Below, piece after piece: positions 11,401 to 21,300 of a DNA stretch of 64,000 nt. Every line of letters begins with the position of its first letter. Positions within the stretch are counted from its first letter, which is position 1. Position numbers and translations under genes: made by a program. This stretch comes from a virus, in IMG/VR virus record IMGVR_UViG_3300049830_000285, positions 96,001 through 160,000 of that record; one strand, given 5' to 3'. The notes below the pieces were generated by a model. The model had not been told where the DNA came from. It saw nothing but the letters and a program-made list of their open reading frames with translations, and ran no database searches.

Positions 11401-14400
11401 AGCATTCCTTTTAATCCTTTACACTGGATACTTAGTGGCTCATCGAGTATGGATAGCAGAACTGGATATTTGTTAGAAAGAAGACTTGGCTGGCCATTAG
11501 CTTCTACCATTTTAGATACCACTCCACCTATTGGAAGCTTGGTAATTAATGAAAGTCCAGGAAGTGGCGGTATTAAGGTTCATCATTTCGCAGCATATGG
11601 TTCAACAACATTGAGCAACGGCGGCGGTGGACAGGATGATTTAAATAATAAATATGAAGCCACTCAATTGCTTTCTAGCGGTGCATTTGATATTACTGCC
11701 ATCAGCTTAAATTTCAAGAAAGGCGGAACAATCACCAATCAAAGCGAGAGAATAACGGTTAGTTTATACTCAGACAGCGGCGATAAGCCTTTGCAACAGC
11801 TTGCTACTTCAAGTGACTTTGTTTCTTATGGAGATTTAACAACATCATTCCAAGCATTTGAATTCAAGTTGGATTACAGATTGGAAGACAATACAAAATA
11901 TTGGATTGTGGTTTTCCGCAGTGCTGCTCCATTGGGTACGAGTGCATTTATATACATCTCAACAAAATCACCAGCGGCTGGAGAATATGCAATTTCCAGC
12001 GATGCAAGTTCGTGGACTTTGGAAACAGGCAAGAGTTTTCAATATTCCTTTACAGCCTCAGATGCATCAGCACAACCACAGTCAGCAATTAATGAGTTAC
12101 AAGATGCTCTTGAAATACCAATTTATGATACGGTTACTTTTGGTGGGTCAGATGATGAAACAATTTATGAATTAATAGGTGTTGGAGACAGGCGCTATAT
12201 CGTTATGAGAATTAATCAAGTAACAGAAAATAACGTGTTGGTATATCCAGCTATTAGTAGTGTGGAAGTCGGTCTTACAGCAGATAAGCCAAAAAGCTAC
12301 TTAATAGAAGCTAAGGTTAATCCAACAGATGCCTGGACTTCTTTGTTCACAATGATTGCCGACAATGAATCGCGAGAATACTTTAGATATACTTTTTCAT
12401 CTCCTGTGCGGTTATCTGATATTCGATTGAGCTACAGAGGCGATTTCTATACATCATCTAATGATGGAACCATTACAGTTTCTGGAACTGACCCTCTCAC
12501 ATCGGTTACTGCATTTCAGGCTTCACATTATACTGATTTCCACGACGCAATCAGCTTTCCAAATGCTGATTCAGATGGATGGGTTCCATTTACCGATGGT
12601 ATTTCATTGTTTGATTGGAAAATGATTAATGATTCAGAAACATGGTTGAAACAAGCGGGAAATTCGCTTGCCGGCCCGTTAAGTAATGCAACGATTTTTG
12701 GCGGATTTATTGTTGCACATGACCACACCACTTTGTACACATTCAGTGCATCGGGTACATTAACATCCAGAAAAACTATAACAAGTGGTCAGGAACCAAT
12801 TTTATCCATTGCTGTACATAAAAATGTGTTATATGTAGGCTTAGAAAATGGACAATTGCTTTCTAGTTCTGATGCAAAAATATATTCAACGGTGCCTATT
12901 TCAACTATCACAGCTCCGATTCGAGCATTGGTTTCGTATAGAAGTAAGTTATGGATTGGAACTGGTAGAGACACTGATAATTTATCAAAAATTTATACCT
13001 GGGATTCAACATCGCTCATCTTAATTCGAACACTGGTACAGCCTCAAATAAATGCTTTTGCAGTGGCACACGGTAAATTGTTTGTTGGTGCTGGTAGTGA
13101 TAGTGGAGTTCAAGCAGCTTCAGTGTATTACTATGATGGTCAACAATGGTCATTGACATTCTCAGCTCAATCGGTTGGTGTAGACGCCCTGACGTTCTCC
13201 ACGGCAGATTCAAGACTCTGGGCTGGTTTGGAGGGTGGCAGCGTTTATGCGCTGACTTTCAAAGAAACTGGAGATTTAGACACATGGAAGCAGGCTTATG
13301 ATGGAGATGCCACTCATTATATCTCCATTAGTGATGACCCCAATGGAGATTATGTTTGGCTTTGTTCAGATACGGGATTGGTTGTTTATAACAAATCAAC
13401 GTTAACATTTGCATCTGTTCCATTGCCAACTCCAGAGTCTGGTTTACAATCTGTGTGGACAAACAGCGATGCTGCAAACTACCTAACTATTGGTTCTGGA
13501 ACTCGTAAAATTTATTACAATGATGACCAAATTAACTGGGCGGATTTTAGTGCTAGCCGACCATCTAATGTTAATGCCACTTATTTCAATACTTCGTGGG
13601 AAGAATATATTACTCCGTCTCAAACAGCTAATTGGAAATTCTTTAGCAACACAACACTCGGTGTGTCAAGGCTATACATTAATGATGAGTTGATTATTGA
13701 TGAAGTAACGACTCCTGCTGTAACGACTGGTTGGGCTCAATTGACTGAAGGTAAGTATTACAAATTCAGATATGAATATTTCAAAGATGGGTCATCTGGC
13801 GGCAGCGCAGTTTTGAATTGGCAGGCTAATGGTACTGGTGGAATCACAAATGTTTCAAAGCCTTACTTTGGTAAACCAAATGAAATCACAAAAATTTCAT
13901 ATATCGGTGCAGCACCATATGCAATGAGTAGCTCTGGCAATATTTACTTATTGGATACAAGTGCTATTGCAACCAAAAAGCGAACAGCATATGTTCGCTT
14001 TAAGGATGAAGCTGGCAATACTACAACGCTACCAGGCCTTTCCGATACTATTATTCAAGACTCACCGACCAGAAACGGGGTGAGGATATCAGACGGAAAT
14101 ATTTATCAAATCAACACGAATGATAAGCGTGTTTTGGCAACATTTGCATCACCGATATCTGGTGCTCTCAAATCACCGAAACGAAAGACGCGAGAAGATG
14201 GTTCGTATGAATCAGAACCGTTCTATTCTCCGACATTAACTCGATGGGATAAAATTTCTTTCTTGGCAGTTATGCCAGCGGGAACTTATCAAGAAGAGGG
14301 ATTGGATATCGGCGTAGAAGTAACGCTACAAGTGCGCTCGGGTAAAACACGTGAAGAATGTCTAGCAGCAACTTGGGGCAACGATATGACATACAGCACG

Positions 14401-15324
14401 ATTATTGACCCAGGTATTGCAGGCACTGTGGATACGGCATTAAACGGCGATTTTAGCATTGCTGGCATAAGTGATAAGTGGATACAATATAAAGCTATAT
14501 TAGTTACAGCAACTCGCGGAACAACACCAGAACTTAAAGCTGTTGTGTTGTCTTATCTTGCTGCTCATGCAAGTTATTTCTTCACAACATTGTTAGATAC
14601 TTCTGCTGAATCAGAGAGTCCATATCCACAATTCAGAAGAGGATTGCTAACTGCAAATATGGCACCAAATGGCGGAGCTATTAAATTTGGTTACACAACT
14701 GAAACTGTGTCGCCAACAACTTTCAACTTCTCAAATTACACAGAAATTACACCAAATACAGTTTTTGAGCTTCCCTCTCCATCTCAATATTTGCGATTTG
14801 GTATTTTATTTGTTTCTGTTATGTCAGATGCTGCTCCGACAAAATTGTATCCAAAGACCGCTTGTGTGGTTGCCACAACACAAGTTTTACCTTCGACTCT
14901 TGCTATTGTTTATAACAATGGTGCCGCAGGGGTAGGTGCAACGCTCACAAGGGGAGAAAACGGAGTATTAGGCGCTATTGATGGAGTAACCCTTTCAGTG
15001 AACGACCGACTTCTGGTTAAAGACCAGGCGAACGCCATACAAAACGGTCTGTATAAGGTTACTAATGTCGGTAGTGGTGGAGCACCCTATGTACTTACTC
15101 GGGTGACAGATGCTGACCAAGCTGCGACAGAAATGCGCTATGGTTTGTATACTACCATCACTTCTGGAACAACCAATGGAACTAAGAATTACTTTATGAA
15201 AACCGCAGACGTGATTGTGATGGGAACATCGTTGCTGTCATTTACCGAATTTACACCAGCAATAGTTGATGAATTTGGTGTTCAGCTAGACGCAGGTACA
15301 GCGGACATGAAGTTTATGGATTAA
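8443..15324 (+). CDS. Giant virion/adhesin-like protein (2293 aa): 5 Ig/SwmB-like repeats, GH-like segment, propeller, PA14-like domain, C-terminal tail-fibre module
   Basis: Five repeats starting (A/R/L)P-x-F-x-(S/R)A. PA14-like SRLYINDELIID..LTEGKYYKFRYEYF. DGVTLSVNDRLLVKDQANAIQNGLY near the C-terminus. Confidence 0.7.
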   Translation: MAAPTFTSALTSQDGLTVEILLGGSGVTSIIPATGAITGWTLVQDPAGSATTIPITTAYRKGSSGADALTVVLTLQTRLTALSVLKLSYSSGTGNITDQTAAFPMATYAGSNSNCVNYTGRPVFLSAATSLDGQFIDIVFNDYDSTSILPSNQGIPGFIVKVGGSGGTSQTFPNPIRKGDSGSDLKTVRITLTTPLLYTDSNIVVKYTPDVSVFITDNSAPPVPTLAFDYQSVTQNTIERIAPAFASAHTSTDGYSVYVVFTETGPPSPGKILPESINIAGFTITEDVGAGYVTRNQVSAIRSTDTMDANYLRTIIITLNTPLTYNKVYKIAYANVTGKPKVTDGATIPNNLLAFTSSPVTNTTTYERILPVFLSATTSSTNLVLVNFTEANSVPLAPTSPSGFILRANGANIPFSITRTSNTQYTLTRTDYKTWGAEDYITVEYVQPTSNFVTDAAPASNKLASFGPNVVTNAIVNNTSAPLFVRAATNVTGNSIVVYIRENHSFPPYINPSTGITGFYVTVNGVPRDIISAVRGNTITTFTDVNRTINLALAYPVRAKDLIKLNYYNGNVVDVDTDSSPNNLGNFSSLVENTTAAKIFGTNVAFATFDSDEIFRTQQFDILRSYGIQWIRDYQVDGQVDTNPGTQTVNRAHAVVVARQALDLDITPSIVLADSNYGIENSDGVNFTAANFNAFKHRFADPAEKSDVRRAMLCAAIAGNLTTVLTWVLNDVSALNELFPYGTVGEEFNGPRLYEWRYLAPNGGCSWDAFERVLSGTRGAVVFNVSGNVTSGSALPTSTDFATFCAALPVPINFTAVSESTLRSRFESFRASLATRWTKGGTLGKSVLVENDDSSTLEIGDSSSRVVTAFNYKRYDSISGDPVVNRGAKQIALAQTLYNANYHTVLLDEWTERTIDITFTLGSGKTMPLWTAGTAAGSYYALLANDVTNYGNLSASHLCIDQTDCDAAMHSISQLFELTQASNDLSSIPFNPLHWILSGSSSMDSRTGYLLERRLGWPLASTILDTTPPIGSLVINESPGSGGIKVHHFAAYGSTTLSNGGGGQDDLNNKYEATQLLSSGAFDITAISLNFKKGGTITNQSERITVSLYSDSGDKPLQQLATSSDFVSYGDLTTSFQAFEFKLDYRLEDNTKYWIVVFRSAAPLGTSAFIYISTKSPAAGEYAISSDASSWTLETGKSFQYSFTASDASAQPQSAINELQDALEIPIYDTVTFGGSDDETIYELIGVGDRRYIVMRINQVTENNVLVYPAISSVEVGLTADKPKSYLIEAKVNPTDAWTSLFTMIADNESREYFRYTFSSPVRLSDIRLSYRGDFYTSSNDGTITVSGTDPLTSVTAFQASHYTDFHDAISFPNADSDGWVPFTDGISLFDWKMINDSETWLKQAGNSLAGPLSNATIFGGFIVAHDHTTLYTFSASGTLTSRKTITSGQEPILSIAVHKNVLYVGLENGQLLSSSDAKIYSTVPISTITAPIRALVSYRSKLWIGTGRDTDNLSKIYTWDSTSLILIRTLVQPQINAFAVAHGKLFVGAGSDSGVQAASVYYYDGQQWSLTFSAQSVGVDALTFSTADSRLWAGLEGGSVYALTFKETGDLDTWKQAYDGDATHYISISDDPNGDYVWLCSDTGLVVYNKSTLTFASVPLPTPESGLQSVWTNSDAANYLTIGSGTRKIYYNDDQINWADFSASRPSNVNATYFNTSWEEYITPSQTANWKFFSNTTLGVSRLYINDELIIDEVTTPAVTTGWAQLTEGKYYKFRYEYFKDGSSGGSAVLNWQANGTGGITNVSKPYFGKPNEITKISYIGAAPYAMSSSGNIYLLDTSAIATKKRTAYVRFKDEAGNTTTLPGLSDTIIQDSPTRNGVRISDGNIYQINTNDKRVLATFASPISGALKSPKRKTREDGSYESEPFYSPTLTRWDKISFLAVMPAGTYQEEGLDIGVEVTLQVRSGKTREECLAATWGNDMTYSTIIDPGIAGTVDTALNGDFSIAGISDKWIQYKAILVTATRGTTPELKAVVLSYLAAHASYFFTTLLDTSAESESPYPQFRRGLLTANMAPNGGAIKFGYTTETVSPTTFNFSNYTEITPNTVFELPSPSQYLRFGILFVSVMSDAAPTKLYPKTACVVATTQVLPSTLAIVYNNGAAGVGATLTRGENGVLGAIDGVTLSVNDRLLVKDQANAIQNGLYKVTNVGSGGAPYVLTRVTDADQAATEMRYGLYTTITSGTTNGTKNYFMKTADVIVMGTSLLSFTEFTPAIVDEFGVQLDAGTADMKFMD

Positions 15325-15358
15325 GCTAAAAAAATTGGTATAATGGCATTACAGAGCG

Positions 15359-18300
15359 ATGATTAAAACATCAAAATATTCATATAACATGTTGGAGCTA
15401 GGGGACATTTGGTACCCCGGCTATGACCGTGAAAATATGGAGACGGTTGAAAATCAAATCAATGCTTTAATTAGCTTTGTTGGGCCTGGTGTTATTGATG
15501 GCTGGGATGTAACAAAAATTAGTATTCCGAGTGGAGATGACGTTACTGATGCCACATATAGGTCTGAACAACTTGCATTAATCCAAGCATATGATGCAGA
15601 CCCATATTCAAGACTTGGGCGGCAATTTGCCTTACTAGGCCTTGTATCTTCACTAAATAGCTGTCAGGCGGCGTCTGTATCGAACTTAACACTCTCTGGA
15701 TTGCAAAAAATTGACGGAATAGACATAGTTGCTGGCAATCGTGTTTTAGTTAAAAATCAAACCACACAAACACAAAATGGTATTTATGTGGCAGCTAGCG
15801 GCGCATGGAGTCGCTCAACTGATTTCGATAATAATTCAGAACTATCCGCAAATATGATAATTCGTGTTTTGAGCGGTTCAGATAACGCCAATACACTTTG
15901 GGCGCTATCACCGCCTATAACGGCAAGTGCCTCGCCTTATGCATATACCATTGGAACAAACAAATTGTTTTTCCATGATGCTTGGGAACAAGTGATTCGA
16001 GTAACAACGGGACATGGATTTGTTGGCAAATGGGCAGCTAGAACTGATGTTATAGCTTATTTCAGATTCACGACAACTAATATTTACTACGCCTGGGTGG
16101 AAGCAAGCAATTGTTTGGTAACCGAGGGGTTGGCAGCTATTGTAGTTCCTCTTGACCCAGATATTGATTTTGATTTAACGCACACTGCTGCGTTTCTTTC
16201 AGAAATCTGGGTAAGTCAAAAAAACAACGCAAATAATAATGGCGATTATCGAATTTATATCGACCGTATTGTTTACAGTGATAAAAGACAGGTGTTAAAA
16301 GATTTAGCATCAGCCTTAGACAAAGCGCTGAAAAAAGCATTTTACAGACACGTTCATCTTGGCGGCAGCGACCATCCTAGTAAAATCAACCTAAGCACAA
16401 AGCTTGTGCTCGATGCAGTTGGGCCAGAGGGAAGCACAATATTCTTAATTAAGGATAGTAAGGGTAATACTTTCACCTGGAACGCATCGGATTATGGATT
16501 GCCGATTGTAAAGCTAAACGATGTTGAGCTTCCGATTACATCATATGTTATTAATTCTACTCAAGGTAAGTTGTATCTTCAAAATAGTATCAGCTCAGGC
16601 TCAACCTTAAAAGTGATTTTGCCATTGGCTAAACAAGTTAAATTAACAATTCAATCAGATTCTGATATAGTTGACGCATTTATTTATCTTACTGATGGCA
16701 CTAAAAGATTTGATTCGGATGGAAACCCTAATGGTAATCAAATTTATACCTGGGATGCAGGATTATATCATACTCCAGTGGTGATGTTAAAAGGCGATGT
16801 TGTTGACCCTCTGGTCATTCCTTATACGATTAATGCAAGCCGTGGCGGAATCGCATTTCTTCCCGCATTAGATGGTGCAACATATGTCGATACTGACTTA
16901 GAAGTAATTATCACTCATATTGCTGATGAAATTACTGGAAAACTATCTGGCAAGAGATTAAAGAATATTGATGCATCTACATTTACTATTGGCAAATTAG
17001 ATACTAAGAGAATGTACGGTCTGAGCCATGTTGGTCAAAATAGGCACATGGAACTAGCTGAGTTGCGCCCAACTCTAAGATTGTTTGATTCTGGCGACCA
17101 CACTACATTTTACGCAGAAGTTCCCGGTAGCGAGCTACAGCACACAACGGATATATTTGCGATTTATCAATCTCAAAATTTCATAGGACAAAATACACTT
17201 CTTGGTTCAAAACATGGCTTATTGCAAACATCAGACTATGTTGCTGCTATATTGCAGCCAAATTGGATAGCTGACAGTGGACAAATTGTTCAGATTATTG
17301 ATAATCTTTTGATACCTAAAAATACGAATCATTTTGCAAATACTTTTGTGCGAACATGGGATGATTCTTTAACCCCTCGAACTGGTAGAATATTTTCCAC
17401 TAAAGACCGGGGTTTATCTTGGCAGCGATTAAAGATGCCGACAATTGCTACAGACACAAGCACCATAACAGCACTTGCAACAGCGTTTCAGGTTTCAACA
17501 GAGCGTATCGAAACTTCCACGGGATTGGCGAAAACATATGAATGGTATACGATATATAATCTTGGAACCAACCATGGTTTATACTCAGCGCAAATCAAAG
17601 AAGGCTTGGCGGATGATGAATGGGAGTGGACTTATCAATCTTATTTATCAACTAACACTAAAGTTTACGCAGTTTTGGAAATAGTTACCTTACACGAAAC
17701 ATGGGATAATGACGGTAATCTCACCGAGACATTTGACAGAAGTGTCTACGTCGGCGCTGAAACTGGATTTTTTGTCAACGGATATCTTGTAAGTAATGCA
17801 ATTGTAAAAGGCATTTACTGGCTTCAAGGTGGCACAGACCCAAGAAAAAATAATATCATTTGGCATACAGACCATGAAGTGTATGTAACGCATACATCTG
17901 AATTAATTGAAACAGATAATGCTCGATATTACAATCATCCATTAGTGTATTTCAAGCAAGCTGATATTGTTCAACTAACAGATGCTAAAGCTTCAACTAC
18001 TAGCAATATCACTGATTTCGTGACTTCATGCCCATCTACTGTTGATGGCGTGGCTTTAATTGCCAATGACAGAGTATTAGTAAAAAATCAAACTAATAGT
18101 ATTCAAAATGGAGTTTATACAGTTACAACTGTTGGTGCTGGTTCGAATGGACATTGGATACGCGCCACAGATATGGCGGCAGCAGTAACAGCTACAAGTG
18201 AATTCTACATTCGAGTGACCAACGGCAATATTTTTGGTGGAAGCGCTTGGCATGTTAAAACCACTACATTAATTAACACTGATGCATTGAATTGGATAAA

Positions 18301-21300
18301 TTTGATTTTACGCCCAATTAACGATACATCTCGCACATTCAACAATTTACATCAACATGCATTTGACCCTAGTATCTATTTCGCTTTAACAGACAGCAAT
18401 ATTTATCGTATTGATGATGTGTATGATGACGGAACTGATTCATGGACTGCGTTATCCGCATCTCAATTGATTTGGGAGGAAATGAATCAAGGAAGTCCAA
18501 GATGTATTATTTCGGACAGCACCGGAGATTTTGGAGTATTACGAGTCGGGACTAACAGGGGCATTTGGAAAAGTGCAAAAGCTGTCTGGGATAATACTGA
18601 TGTTAATGCGCCCTGGGTAAGAACAAGCCAACAATTCTTGACTTCACATGAACCCACTGTCTTCGTTGCAACTGATTTCTCAGACTATACAGAGTCGGTT
18701 GAATACAGCCACACACCGCCGACACCAACTTTGCAGCACAGCGTTGCTTATCAAGGATTTATTTGGGATACACCTAAACAACCTTGGGATAATTTCGTCT
18801 TTGAAAAAGATTACACAACATTTTGGGTAAATCCGTGGAATGGCGATAATGCCGATGTTGTGGTGTATATTGGAAACACCCCGAGTGATACGAACTATAT
18901 TTTAACACCAGAGCTGGGCAAAATACAATTTACATCAACTATTGGTCGCACCAATGCTCGCAAGGTCAAAATCACTATTCTTAGACCGGGCGCGTTTATT
19001 TCTGACATTGGCACAATTCCACACGGTGAAATGCCCAATAGTTTTGTAACAAATGCCACTCAATCAACTGTTTTGAGTCAGGATTTTACTGCTCAAGATA
19101 CGATTATTCATGTTGCTGATGAGGGGGCAATTCCTGTTGGAACCAATTATATCGAACTCAGAAACAGTATTAATCGCGAAAGACTTAATATTGTGGTGAA
19201 TCCAAGTACAAAAGAAATTACATTAGCTCATCCGCGCTCTGGAATTGTTACATTTCCAAAAACTACAACAAAGGTCTATGTAGTCAATGTTCAATCAGTT
19301 TTGGGTATTGAAGATGAAATAACTAAAAAACAAACCAACGAAACATATCATTTAAATTCTCTTGGCGGCGTAAATACAATCCAGCTTTCTATTGCTGCAA
19401 AAAATCATTACACTTCACCATCACTGTTTGACAATTATGGAAGTTATGCAAGACATGGATATAATGCTGACCGCGGCCCAAAAAATGCAATGTTTTTTGA
19501 TTTTGGAACAGACCCATATGATTCCACAAAATCCTCGTCAGCTTTTTACGTGGGCAACGACCCATTTGGTGGCATAGATTCTGCTGTAGAACCAACTTCT
19601 GTTTACTCTATTTATGGCGCTTCTCCATCAGGTGATAACATGCAGGTTGGAACCGACCAGGGCATGTGGTATTATTCATTATCAGAATCTCGATGGCTCA
19701 AATCCAGCTCATTGGGTCAGGCGCATAGAACTTATTTTATTCAAAATGTAGACTCTGTTTTGACAACTGGTACTGATTCGGGTGTTTATCAAAAAAACAA
19801 CAATAGCTGGGCTTTAAACGCAACATATCCACAAACTGCTTTTGCCCAAGTTGACAATCAGCCCTGGAAAACAATTGGTGATGTCACCTATACTTATGAT
19901 GCATGGGGTAAAGAAGATGGTTTGGCTTTCATTTTGCATCAAAGCGATTCATCAACTTTTGTTTCAGACCATTTTGATGCATTAGATGGAAGACGAGTTT
20001 ACGGGTTGCACCATGACCAATTTATTCGCGTTAGCACAGATAGCCAGGGCAATACAACGCAAACTCTAGTAAATACATTGTATTTAGCCACAGAAGATGG
20101 ATTATTTGCTGTTACCGAGGGTGGAAGAGATAGTAAATATAGTTCTGTTTTAACTGGCAGACAAATGTTTGGCGATAGCCGACCTATGATTGATGTGGCA
20201 CTTCCAAGCGGCGGCACACAATCAGTTCCTGTAAAATTCTATAGCATAACAAAATCGCAAAGACCAAATAGTATTCCAATGATACTGTTCTCAAGTAATG
20301 GTGTTTATGTTGTTCGAAATTGGAGATGGTGTGACCCAGACCCCGCAGCCGCCCCTCCTGTTCTAGATTTCTTCGCGGAATCTCACAGTTTAGCTGGAAT
20401 TTCATGCTACAGTTATCTGCAAACTTCTGAAGGCACAACACCAGTTGTCTACAAGCTCTTTGTAGCCACAGAAAAGGGTGTGTATAGAAGTTATAACGAT
20501 GGTTATACCTGGGAGCGCTGTGAGCGCATTGCAGGCGGTGATACGGCTGTTTATACTCTTGTGTCTTCTGGAACTGGTATTCTCGCAGGAACTGAACTTG
20601 GCTTTTATTATTCCGATGACGACGGAGATACATGGTATCTTCCAGAAGATAACGGAAATGGTGTAGCTGAATTTGCCTCAGTTGTGTCAACTTCTATTGC
20701 TTTCAATGGTGGATATTTAGCGCAAACTTTTAAACTAGATGCAATATCTAATGATGTTACCAAAGTCGCACTCCATCTATCTCTTAAAGATTTGACGAAT
20801 AACCCTGCCTATAATGCATCGTTGAACAACACCCTTCAAGTTGCAATCTACACCACTAGTGGTGGTCAGCCAAATTCTCCAATCGCGACAGTCGGGACAC
20901 CTGATACAATTTTAGCTAGCGATGTTGCTTTTAGAGGTTGGCATTATGCCAATATATCTGTTACTGGATTAACACCCGGTGCGACCTATGCTCTCGTTGT
21001 CAATGAAAATATTGCACCGGGTGGCGTGTCTGCTTTCAAATGGCACACCTCCAAAGTGTTGAATCCCTACCCTGAGGGAAAAGCGTTTCAAGGGGCGTCT
21101 TGGACTTCTTTAACAACTCAGGATTACTACTTTAGAGTGTATCAGCCAGCACCTCCAATTGCTACTGAAACTATTGAGCCTGTTGGCTATTATGACAACA
21201 CACATCCTATCGGCTGGAGAGAAGGCGAGGGCAGGGGATGGTATGTATCAGGCGGACAATTAACTTCTAATATCAATCCATTAATTAGTTTAGTGGTAGA

